A stretch of 63,847 nucleotides of DNA, the filler included, from Folioceros fuciformis (taxonomy: Eukaryota), in NCBI GenBank assembly GCA_049999805.1. It is 3 parts of 2 records of this genome, joined end to end, with 100 filler letters (N's around TTAATTAATTAA, not from the genome) between each part and the next. Parts side by side here need not be neighbours in the genome. Positions count along the whole stretch, not along the records: positions 38,077 to 63,847 come from JBNGIO010006104.1; 2 more parts are not named here. One strand, given 5' to 3'. Shown one piece after another: positions 48,402 to 59,810 of the stretch; the first letter of the stretch is position 1, and every line of letters begins with the position of its first letter. Both the position numbers and the translations under genes were made by a program. A model generated the notes under the pieces. That model saw only the letters and a program-made list of their open reading frames with translations. It searched no databases and was not told the DNA's origin.

Positions 48402-51400
48402 ATGGAAGGGCTGCGCCAGCTGCGAGGGGTGTGGACGCAGGCATGGCGCTGGTACTCGTGCTGGCCCTTGCACCTGCCATTCCGCAGCCGGCGCGGCGGA
48501 GGAGCAGCAGGCGGGAGCAGCAGCAGTGGCAGCGGCAGCGGCGTCGGCACCGGCCGGGGTCGCCTCCCGCCGCATGCGCAGCCGCCTGGAGGTTCTAGTC
48601 CTGCCCAAAAAAAAAAAAACGAGCAGCTGCTTCCCCCGCACCCGCACCCGCACGCCGGGCAGGCCTGCGCCTGCCACCCCCGCTCGCTCCCGGCATGGTG
48701 CTTCCCGGCCGCCGGCCACCGCTTTCTCCACGGAATTGCGTGCGACCCGCTCCTCACCACTCGCCTCGCCATCATGGTAGTCGCCCTCGCCTGCCTGCCG
48801 ATGTTTGTGGTGGGCTGTGCTGTGCTGTGCTCTGCTGCATTTCATTGCATTGCGGTGGCTATGTCTGGTATTGGGTCGTATCGCATGGCGATCATGGTGT
48901 TGGCAGCGGCAATGGGCTGCAATCAATGGCAATGCCGAGCTCGCAATAGCCGTGGCTCACCTTCTGTGCTTGTGGTTCTGCGTGCGCAGGGGATGCTCGC
49001 AATTCTGCTCGTCGTCATGACTATCCTCACCTGGTACTTCACCTCCACGCATGCGCAGCGATCGGTGAGTGCCGTGGCCGCCTCCCTCCGGCACGAGCTT
49101 CTCACGCACGCAGGGCAGGCCACCAAGACTGTAATTCAGGACAACAACGCCTCCACCGTCTCCGTCGCCAGGCTGCTCAACTTCACCTCGGACTATTCCG
49201 TCTTCTCCACCCTCGACACTCAGGTGAGCTTGGCTCCTCTTCCCGCTGGCTTCCGTTGCGTGCCTTGCTGGTAGGCTGGCTGGCAGCGCCTCACCTTTAT
49301 GCTTCCTCCGCAGGTGAGCTCTACTCTGTACACCGTGTACTCAGCGCTTCCCAGAAAGCGCACGCTTTCCTTCTATGGGAGGAATGGTATGTTCGTGTCG
49401 TACACCTCCGACGTCAATGGCTCCATGTTGCTCTACTCCAACACTTCCTATATCCTGCCCAACCACGCGTCCCCGACATGGGGTCCTGAGGAGAATATTA
49501 CAGTCTCTCGGCCCTGGTACCGTGCGTTTCGTCAACCACTGGATTCTGAGACCGGATTGCCGGCAGGAGACCCGGCTGTTATTCCAGCAATCCCTTTCTG
49601 GGGCACCACCAGCTTTAATGTCTCGCTTTATGCACGGCAGGGAGCGTCCTCCTGGAGCTTCGTACTAGAACAGGAAGGGGATCTCACTTTTCAAACCTTG
49701 TCGCCTGTGAGGCAAGGCTCCAATGCAGATGCGGTGGGCGTGGCTGCCGTGGGGGTCTCAATGGGGGAAATCCGAGACCTGCTCGACCATCTGGATCTTC
49801 AAGGTGGGGATATGTTTCTCATGGATCAGGACTGCCGACTGATCGCTCAGACCCGCGATCCGCTCGCCATAGGAGTCACAGCCCTAGGGGATCCGGTGCT
49901 GCCTCTGGCATCCGCCTCCAACAATTCGGTTGTTGCAGGGGCAGCTCGGTATTTGGACTCCAAAATCGGGAACTGCACAATGCTCACCACTCGAGACGTT
50001 CAAGGAGGGAATGCCGTTATTGGTGGAACGCGGTATCTGATCGACTATTCTAAGCTGGCAGAGCTAACCCTGGTAACGTCTCTCTCACCTGCCGTCACAC
50101 TTGTGGCTTGTCATTCCACCCACGAGCTGTAATGCTCACGGTCCCTTTCTCTTCCACAGATATGTGTTATTGTGATCCCTCACAAGAGCATATGGGGTTC
50201 CTCTGATAAGCGCAGCAATGCGACACTTGCCGTCCTCATTGCCCTGGCTGTTTGCGCCGGGCTGGTGGGCTGCTTTTTTGTCATTCTCCTGACGAAGGGA
50301 GTAAGCAATGAAATGCGTCTCCGAGCTGCATTGATCAAGCAGTTGGAAGCTACGAAAGAAGCTGAGACCAAGAGCAGTCAAAAGAGTATAGTGTTTGCAA
50401 GCATGAGTCACGATCTTCGGACTCCACTGGCAGCCATTATTGGTCTCATAGACATATGCTTATGCGATGCAGCAGAGTCCACCGAGTTGGAGGGTAACCT
50501 GTTGCAGATGAAGTCTTGTGCTGAGAACCTTCTTGGTCAGTGTCGCCCTTGCCTCCTCTCCCTGTTTAAGCCTCGTCTTCGACCACCTTCTGAACTGGTA
50601 GCCGGAAGTATGTGTAGTAGGAGATCAAGGTTTCACGTACTGATATGTCCACCTTTGCTCATTTGCAGGTATTTTGAATTCAGTGTTGGATATGAGCAAA
50701 ATCGAGGCAGGGAAGTTGCAATTGGTGGACAAGGAGTTTGATCTTGTTCAAGTTCTAGAAGAAGTTGTGGATATGTTTGCCGTCGTGGGTATGAAGAAGG
50801 GACTAGAGGTCGTTCTGGACCTCCCTGACGACTCCATGGACAGAGTATCGAGAGTACGCGGGGACGAAGGCAGAGTGAAACAGCTGTTTTCCAACCTCTT
50901 GAGCAACGGAGTTAAGTTCACGAACGAGGGGCATGTGGTGCTGCGCGCTTGGCCAAAGCCGTCAAGCTCTGCGTCTGCCGTGCATACTTTTAGGCATATT
51001 GAAGGGGTTTTAGGCAGTCTTGTCCACCCATTCCGGAAGTGGCTCCACGGAAAGCGGAAGAGCTACAATCAGATGAGAGCCATGTATGAGCGATATGTGG
51101 CGAGCAGCAAGCTGGAGTTCGAGTTTGAGGTCGACGACACTGGGAAAGGCATTCCTCGAGATCAAAGGAAAGCTGTATTTGATAATTTCGTGCAGGTCGA
51201 CACCTCAACTACACAAGCCAACGGCGGCACTGGCCTTGGCCTTGGCATTGTTCGATCGCTGGTACGCCTTTGTCTTCGCTTTTCCGTCTGTCTTTCACTG
51301 TTTTGAGGAACGATTCCGCAGAAATTTCAAGTGCTGAGGGTATATTCTTGTTTGCATTCATCTTCACGTTCCACAGCCTTGAGAGATTTCTGTTCGAACG

Positions 51401-53367
51401 TTGCGTGCTGCTCAGGTACGCTTGATGGGAGGGGACATCGCCATTATCGACAAAGGTGAGCCTGGGGAACCAGGAACGTGTTTCCGCTTCAACCTAGTAT
51501 TCAGCAGAGTTAGTGCTCCTATAGATCTGGAAGGTATGCCAGGCTTGAAAAGATACCAAGGGAATGAGACTCGAGTGCGAGATCGGGCATCTGTACAGGA
51601 GACTTTTGGGTCCAGTGGTAGAGCAGCAATACCTATGTGGTCTTTCAGCTCGGCCAGACGCATGGCAGCAGGTATCCTGAACGACCCATGTTCCACTCCG
51701 CCTCTTGCAGAAGGTGTGAACGTGCTGTTAGCTATGCAGGGGGTGGCAGGGAAACGAGTGGTGAAACGATGGATGGAGAGGAGGGGGCTTCAAGTGTGGA
51801 GCGTAAACATTTGGGAGGATTTTCTGCCCTCTCTCGAGAAAATCAGGCACGAGATCTTCTATGATGAATGCTTCAGTGGGTTTTCGGAACGGTTCGAGAT
51901 TGCCTCCCCTGGAATCCAGTCGTACGATTCTTGGGCAGAGGACATGGAGGCAAGGAGGAGAGGGAGGGACTGGATCCCCAATATGGAGCCAGGATTTTCC
52001 CAGCAGAACCCAGATTATGAAGCTGGTCGGCCAGCATTGGCAAGATCGGTAGACCGGACAGGAGCTCGGCTTCTGATAGTCATCGACGCAGATATGGTCT
52101 TAGAGCCCCTGAGTACCTTGGCGGCAGCCTTACAGGGTGGCTTGACACGTGATGAGCAGCATTCTCTGTCGAGGGTTGTATGGTTGGTCACAGCCAATAC
52201 CCCAAGCCACATCGTGCAGACATTGAAGGAGGGGAACGTTATCCCCTGCGCCCTTTGCCTACATAAGCCTTTGCATGGCTCGCGTTTGAACAGCATCTGG
52301 GAACTTGTGCAGGACCTTGTCAGTAGACAGGACCCCAAGCCCAACGACACAGGAGGGATACCTGCCAGGGGTGCTCAGGTTGTGGATCACAGGGGGCAGG
52401 TACTGGACCCAGCCGAAGCTTCTTCACTTAATGTTATTGAATTAGCTAGTACAGTAGTGAATAGGGTAGTGGACGACACGGTTCTGATGACAGGCGGGGA
52501 AGCTGCAGTACTGGAAACTCCTGAAAGCCAGACATTTCAAGCAGTGGCTGCTGGCTCCTTCGAATCCTTGAGAGCTCTACCAGGGAAGCCCTTAGGTCAG
52601 GGCCACACCCACCCCCAAGGTAGCCTCTCTGAATCACCACTTGTCACCAAGATACAGTCACAGGTCACAGAGTCGGAGACACTTGTGTCCAAGAACAGAG
52701 CTCGGGAGAGTGAGATGATGGGTCCCCCAGATGCTTTAGCTGGAAAACTGATCCTCGTTGCTGAGGATAACCCCGTTCTCCAGAAACTGACGAGAACTGT
52801 TCTCCTTAGGATGGGTGCCACTGTAGAGTGCGTAGATGATGGTGCGGAGGCTGTACGAAGAGTGGTAAACCATCTCCCGAGGCCCGGGAGGTCGCACCAC
52901 GAAGTAGTTGATATGGAGATTAGGCAGTCGAGTGGCCTGGAAGATGAAGAAACCTCAGGTCGACCTTATGATATGGTTTTCATGGATTGTCAGGTGGGTT
53001 TTCCTCGAATTTCTTCCTGCCCTGCCCTGCCCTGCCCTTCCCGTCCGTTTTAGAAGGTGGAGGAACGACTCCCTGTCATCTATAGTTATGTCTATGTGTG
53101 TTTGCCAAGGAAGTGATGTTCGATGTCCTGCCTGTGCAGATGCCTGTTCTGGATGGCTATGAAGCCACAACACGAATACGAGAGGAGGAAAAGTATGTCG
53201 GTTGGCGCACCCCGGTTATAGCATTAACTGCACATGCCATGGCACAGGACGAGAGGAAGTGTATGGATGCCGGTATGGATTTCTACCTGACGAAGCCTCT
53301 GTCAACAAAAGCCTTACTGGATGTGATTTCCAAGGTGAATCTGTGGAAACGAAGCGGTGGTGAGTAG
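48402..53367 (+). CDS. CKI1: Hybrid membrane histidine kinase, CKI1-like; about 7 exons (48402-48776, 48990-49223, 49314-50072, 50160-50535, 50669-51261, 51416-52993, 53140-53367); start codon uncertain
   Basis: Two TM segments around an extracellular domain, H-box FASMSHDLRTPL, NSVLDMSKIEAGK, N-box NLLSNGVKFT, DDTGKGI, FDNFVQ, GGTGLGLGIV, receiver AEDN..FMDCQMP..LTAHA..TKP; no CHASE domain recognised. Confidence 0.88.
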
Positions 53368-53992
53368 CACTCGGCGGGCCGAAGGTGCGTTGCAAAACTT
53401 TCAAACCAACCAGCTCGCTGAACCGACAGAGCTGCACATACCATTCCTTGTGAGAGGCTTTGCAAGGCAGAGCCCTCACGATTTTTTTTGCCATGTGGAG
53501 GAAGATCTCCCTCCGTACACAAATGTGGGGAGAGAACTCGGGGTACGGGGATTTTGGACAGTCGAAAGTGGGTACACCTGTAGAGCAGAAAACGCTGGAC
53601 TGGCCTGATTTCCTGATAACACATGCTGAAGTACAGGAGAGGCAGGAAGAAGAGGTGAGATGTTAAAGAGCTCTGGGAAAATCCCTCGAGTTTGTCTTCC
53701 GTAGAATGGTGGGAGATTCTTCCCTGCCTGCCAAACGGCCCACACAAGAAACCTGATCAAACTCGCTTGCCTGGTTCAAGACAAGACGGGTTGCCCGCCT
53801 GCAAAGCTGTTGGTAATTCCACATGCACATTTGAGTGAGAGACAACAACATTTGGAGCTAAATACTCGACTGATCTACTCCCGATCCAAACATGGTGAAA
53901 CGTAGTCTGCGTATTGACATGTTGGAGCTGCTGCTGTTGCTGGTGCGGTAGGTTGGTAGGGCAGGGCAGGGCAGGGCAGGGCAGGCGGAAAA

Positions 53993-54730
53993 CTACCCGG
54001 ATGACATATGGCCCATACTACTGGTACCTGCTCCACCGCTGCCTCCACTATTCCCATCGCTGTTGGCTCTAGTGGCGTGGTAGGAGCTGCTGCCACCGAG
54101 TTGGCGGCGTGAAGCAAGGCTGACTCCAGCGCCCCCTGCGGCCTCGTAGGAAGTAGTGGCCATGCCTGCAGCGGCGGCTGCTGCTCCGGCTCCCCCTACC
54201 CGGGCCATCTCCATGATCTGTTCCCGCGTGTAGGAAGGTTCCCTGCCTAGCTCCATGAGCTGGTCTCTGGTCATCATGTGCTGAGGCTCCCGAGAGCCTG
54301 CCACCCCGACTGCCATTCCCACTCCCATCCCAATGCCCAGCGAAGGCCCCGTCCCCGCTCCCGAGGGCCCCACGGCCGGCACCAGCCCTGCCCCCGCGTA
54401 TTTGGCCAGATCCGAGTGCGCCAAGGCCAGTTCCGCCTGCAGCTGAGCCACCTGCCTCTGCAGCACCGAGATAGCTCCCACACATCCATACACAGGATCC
54501 TTCACTCTCGCATCCGCCTCGTAGGCGAGCGAGTTCACGGCATCCTCACGCTGATGCGGCGGCAACTCATTCAGCAGCTTAGTGATGTTGCTGGCGCCGA
54601 AGATTTTGTGGACATTCGCAAATTTGTGAGGCTGATCAGGAGGGAAATAAGGAGCAAACACACATTCAGTGGTGCACTTCCTTCTCAAGAACTTGCATGC
54701 GGCACAGGGCGAGCTTGAAGATGATGCCAT
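53993..54730 (-). CDS. LBD: Class I LOB-domain (AS2/LOB-type) transcription factor, intronless coding region
   Basis: CAACKFLRRKC..ECVFAPYF C-block, FGASN GAS block, DPVYG, leucine zipper LQRQVAQLQAEL. Confidence 0.95.
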   Translation of the reverse strand: MASSSSSPCAACKFLRRKCTTECVFAPYFPPDQPHKFANVHKIFGASNITKLLNELPPHQREDAVNSLAYEADARVKDPVYGCVGAISVLQRQVAQLQAELALAHSDLAKYAGAGLVPAVGPSGAGTGPSLGIGMGVGMAVGVAGSREPQHMMTRDQLMELGREPSYTREQIMEMARVGGAGAAAAAAGMATTSYEAAGGAGVSLASRRQLGGSSSYHATRANSDGNSGGSGGAGTSSMGHMSSG

Positions 54731-55945
54731 ACCTGCTTGAGGCTTCCCCCAGGCTTGAGGTAACTAGCATGCTAACTCCTTAGCCGGGGCAATTCGTGTC
54801 AGTGGACAGGCTTCACAAGAGATGTGCTCCTGTTCCTGATNNNNNNNNNNNNNNNNNNNNNNNNNNNNNNNNNNNNNNNNNNNNNNNNNNNNNNNNNNNN
54901 NNNNNNNNNNNNNNNNNNNNNNNNNNNNNNNNNNNNNNNNCTCCTACTCCTGTTCCTCTTGAACCTGTTCCTGCTTCCTCCATGGAATCCGAATCCCTCA
55001 CTACCGCTTCCCTCGCTTGCTCGCCCTGCTGCTCATCTGAACCGCCATCTCCACTTTCCCCTAGCCGTCGCCGTCAACCCCCAGCTCCAGCTCCAGCTCC
55101 ACCTCTACCGCCGCTTGTCGGCAAGGACTGGCTGACGTCGTCAATTCCAGCGCTCCGTCGTGGCGTGGCTTAATAGAAATCAGGCGAGCTTGCTTGGAGG
55201 GCCCCGCAGCTCCCATTATGTACGTGTATATGGCCCATGCCATGACTCATCAACTCTCTTCCCTTCCCTTCTGCTTACATACATATTTGGATCCATATAT
55301 CAAATGTATGCATGTCGTAGCGCTACAACGATATATCTTTATAGTCCTCGTTCACATGTGCTCACTTGGCATCATTAGAAATTGTTGCATGGAATAATTA
55401 GATTATTGTTTTGAAAAATTGATTGCTACGTGATTCCTTAGAACGAAGAATTCATAGCATGAAACTTAAGGACAGAATTACAACACCGTGCCAGTGCGAG
55501 TACAATGCAAAGAGAAGGGCAGCCTCGATTCCTCGTCAAACAAGATTTCCAAAGGAAATCCAAAACCAATCCTTCCAAAAAAAGACGTGTGGCCGTTCGT
55601 TACAACCTTCAACCTTCAGCAAAAGAATGGTAGGCAGCGGAAAGGGCACAACCGACGTCAGGACAGAACGAAAATGGATCTGCCGATCTTGCGAATCCTA
55701 CTCTTCCCTCACTCTCACCAACCCCTACTGAAACACTTCCACCACCCTTGACGGAGACCCAGCTGACCCACGCCACGGATATCCCGCGACGGGAGTGCGA
55801 ACGTTCCGTCACTCCGGTACTTCCGGTGATTACAAGCGGACTTGCACAGCGAGTTCCGAGAGGAACCTTTACCTCTGGTGGAGGAGTTCTGTTGACGGTA
55901 TGTGGCTGTCGAACCGGAGGCCTTCGTACGAGTTGCCCTTCTACA

Positions 55946-58564
55946 TCACATCGTCACAACCGCAGGCTTGAGTTTTCTCTTTTTCCTGTTTTGATGCTGC
56001 TCCTTCCTCTTCCTTTTCAATTCCAGCTTATGAGAAGACTGCCCCAGCATCGACGGCGCGTCACACAACCCAAAGCTCTTGGCAACATGTCCCAGGTGCA
56101 GGTTTCTCACGTGGAATATGCCCTTGAGCTCACCTTGGTGTACGGCATACGCCCGAACGTAGGAGCGAAATGCATCCACTGCGAGTAGCCTCAAGTCCCT
56201 CTGCAAAGTACTTCCCACGTGTGAGTACATGGCAATCTGGCACTGGGCACATCCTACCTGCTGCGTCAGCGTGTATAGGAGGAGACCTACTTGTCTGCCT
56301 ATGAAGGCCTCCAATTCTCTGTGCATTGCAATGGTTGTTGGATGTATTTCTGGACGCTTCCAATCCCCCTTCAGTGGTGCTCTGCTTGTCTCCACGGAAC
56401 TCAATACTTGTTCAAGAGAAAGCCGTTTCAGGGCCACTCCATGTGTTTCTAGCTCTTTCATGTAATCCGCCTCTCTTGGCTGCAGAAAAAGGACAGCCTC
56501 ACCTCGATGACCGATTCGAGCAGTCCTTCCTACTCTGCAGGTCCCGAAGTCAGCTCCTACCACACCAACCATTCAAGCAATGCATAGTACAGTCTCCCAC
56601 GTCACAATCCGTGAAAAAGATATAACACGACTTGCCTGTGCACGTAGTCTGCCGCATCGCCTGGTGGGTCATACTGGATGATATATGTTACATCCTGAAA
56701 ATCCAAACCCCTTGCAGCTACATCTGTACAAAGCAGCAAAGCAGGTGTAGCCCTGCTGAAGTCCAAGTACGACTGCATTCTTTCCTTTTGATCCATGCTC
56801 CCGTGCAGACGAAAGCAGCGACCTGGAAATGCCTTCACAAGCTCGGTCTGTTTTCTTCCGGACTGACGTGACCACTGAAATCTACTTATCAAACTGAAGT
56901 GAAAATCAACTGAGTCACACGTGGAGACGAATGCCACCAGCTGTCACCAAGTGCAAAAAGACCCCGGTTAGTTTGAGGACCCTAGCCGCAAATACCTGGG
57001 GCATGCCTCAGCAGAACAGCATCGACATTGATTTGAGGTCTTACCTTGCATGCCCCATCAACCGTTGATCTCTGGTGCAGAAGGCTCAAAAGCGAAATCA
57101 GCCTTAGCCTGCACGATACTACAGAAGCCAACTGTCAGGATTGACTCAGTGTCACATGACAAGGACGGCTTTGATCTCAAAGTCCGTCTTCCGTCTAACC
57201 AGCAAACCAGCGAGATCGTCAAATGCTAAGACACTAGTATGCTTTCAACCGGGCAGCGCTGTGGTCCCAACACAGATTCAGCTCCTCACACAGACCATGT
57301 AACTGTGTGAGACATACCTAGGAGGTACTTTTGCTCAATCTGCTGTGGGATGCAGTAATTGGTGTGGCCCTCCCTGTCGTCCCGCGCCACGATATCTACT
57401 TCCCAACGCTTCCTCTTCCCCGAGAAATTCGTGTTTTGCTGTGTGGGAGGTGCCGAAACCTCCCCACCAACAAAGACAAGGGCTGGGTCTTTAAGGCTGA
57501 GGGTTGCCAGATTCTCCACATCTTCATTCAGAGTTGCAGAGAGCAGCATATGCTGCCTGCCCTGTGGCCTGAGGCCAACATCCGATCTGTCATGCGAGGA
57601 ATCTAGTACCCGTAGGATTTCTTGGATGTCATTTTTGAACCCCATGTCCAACAACCTGCAAACACATGCTCTTCAGGGCTGTGAACCAAATCAAGCTTCG
57701 CATTCCGTGCACTTGGATGAAAAGAAGCAAAGAAAGAGAGAGACAACACCTGTCGGCTTCATCAAAAACGACCCAACGCAACAAATCGTGACGAAACGAA
57801 ACCGTGTTCTTCAAATGATCCAGCAGTCGACCGGGGGTAGCAACAAGCAACGTAATACCTGCACGAAAAAGGTGGAAAGAAACCAGAAAAGGAATGAGCC
57901 ATCGCAAACACCGTGCTGCCGTGCTAAAGTGGTTGCAAATTCCCTACCTTTCCGCAACCGTGCCTTCTCCTTGGCCCGATTCTCCCCGCCCATGACACAT
58001 CCCGGAACCAGCCAGACGAACCGACGCAGGAGCTGCTCGGCAACGGCACAGACCTGCACACACAACTCCCGGGTAGGGACCAGCACAAGTGCTGGCCATT
58101 CACCCCGTCACACACTGCCCTCCCAGAATCCCGGTACGCCAGACAGACTGCTGCTAAAAGCTCACCGAAAGTGCCGTCAGCCCTAGTCGCGCGGGTCTTG
58201 GATGCTTGCAGCAAGCTCACCACAGGGGCCAGGTAGGCTAGGGTCTTGCCAGTCCCAGTCTCCGCCCTCACAAGCCTGCATCCCTGCGAGTCAGAAGCGT
58301 CCTTACAAGGCCAGCTGCCGCTCCAGACACAAGAAGCGAGGGAGGGGGGCAGCCGCATACACGTCCTTGCCGGACAGAATGACAGGAATGGCGGCCTGCT
58401 GAATTGCGGTGGGAGCCTCGAATTTGATTGCATCTGCCGCCAGAAAACGTCAGAGAGCAGAACCCGGGTTTGCGCAACGATGGTCGAGCCGCTCAGGCAA
58501 GAGAGCTACCTCGAATGTGATCCGCCAGGGATGGCTCCAGACCAAGCTCGGCAAACGCGGCCAT
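55946..58564 (-). CDS. RH17: DEAD-box RNA helicase, RH17/DDX31/Dbp7-like, multi-exon
   Basis: FAELGL, Q motif [56 protein letters not shown]-terminal [21 protein letters not shown]; in-frame stop upstream of ATG 58564. Confidence 0.9.
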
Positions 58565-58619
58565 GGCGAGCTCCGCACCCGGATCCCAGTAGTGCTACTT
58601 TGCCGACCAATTTACAAGT

Positions 58620-59298
58620 TTACGAGTTCGTGGCGTCTCCTCCAGTCAGTGCTGGCCTGTGTATATTTTCGAACCACTGTTGTATGGGGAGCCAATGAGC
58701 TGCGCTGAGCTGAAGTTCTAGGTCGAGGAATGAACACAGTAAGTAGTACATTCCTTCCTTCCCTCCCTCTGGTTTGGACGTTACATGTAATTCAGGCCCG
58801 AAATCATCTCCCGCTATTTGTATGTACACAACACACCACAACACTGCACTAATCAAGTCCAGAATTCTTGATCTCATTAGGTAGAGTAAGCGAGCGCGAC
58901 CGTTCGCGGAAGCGGGTGGAAATTGTGGCCAGGCCAACAGAACACCAATGATCCAGCATGCGTATATGTGCGTACATGTGTTGACGAGCACATCAAGTGT
59001 AGGCGCAACGTAGGCCAGAGGGCCAGCCTAGGGCGGGGACCAGTGACCGGTGGGTGTGGGGGAGTGATCAAGGCGCAAGCCGAATCGAGACGGCCGCTGT
59101 AGTCGGGGCGTGCTGTTGGTAGCAGCCTTGGCCGGAACCTTTGTTGACACAAATCCTGGAGCTGTTGTGAGGAAGGGCAGCCGCTGAGCGAAGCACCGCT
59201 GCACCGCTCCCGCCCTGCCTCGTGCATCTGCTCGCTCCCGCCCGGGGGACCGAGGGAGGGAGGCAAGCAAGCTGAGCACACAAACTTACATCAACCAT
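58620..59298 (-). CDS. Putative 68-aa five-exon ORF (59298-59290, 59198-59139, 59027-58976, 58813-58785, 58676-58620) directly upstream of RH17
   Basis: Donors gtaagt/gttccg/gtacgc/gtaacg, AG acceptors, introns of 91/111/162/108 nt, open frame MVDRCFAQRLPFLTTAPGFVSTKAGPLAYVAPTLDVLVNTSGDDFGPELHWFENIHRPALTGGDATNS*; no homolog recognised. Confidence 0.4.
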
Positions 59299-59810
59299 GT
59301 TCCCGCCGCTGCAACTCCCATTTTTGTTTCAACCGCCGGCCGCCTGGCCCTGCGTGTGACGTGGACGCGCCTTCGAGACGCCCGCGGCCCGCTTAATGTC
59401 TCGGCCCCGCGTCACCATTACCATCGGATCAACCGGCCAGGTCTGCTCTCAACTCTATCCTTGCTCTTCGCCTTGCTTAGGGTTGCTGCCGTCTCTGCCG
59501 TTTCCGCAAGCACTGCTCGTCCCGTAACCGTGCTGCGAATTTCCAGCACGGAAGGAAGCACTGGACTTTGAGCTGCCTCCGGTAAATTCTGCTTGGCTTG
59601 AGTTACAGCGCGCTTCTGTTTTCTTGCCCCACACCCTACATGCTTCATGCTACACGCTGTTACTCATTCAACTCTCGTTACACCCGCATTGCTTTTGGCT
59701 GCTGTACTGGCAGGGCAGCGGGCAGGGAGTTGTCGTTTTTCACAGCGATCGCTTGCTTTTTTTTTTGGCTTCAGGTGGTGAATAGAAGAGCGTTTGTGTC
59801 GTCTGCGGAA

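Noticed and set aside
47370-48932. Long overlapping low-complexity ORFs (250 aa, 177 aa, 267 aa) upstream of and antisense to the kinase
   Set aside because: GC-rich, microsatellite-laden leader and promoter sequence lacking stops by composition; no domain signal
57359-58186. 275-aa plus-strand ORF
   Set aside because: Antisense shadow of the DEAD-box helicase exons and introns
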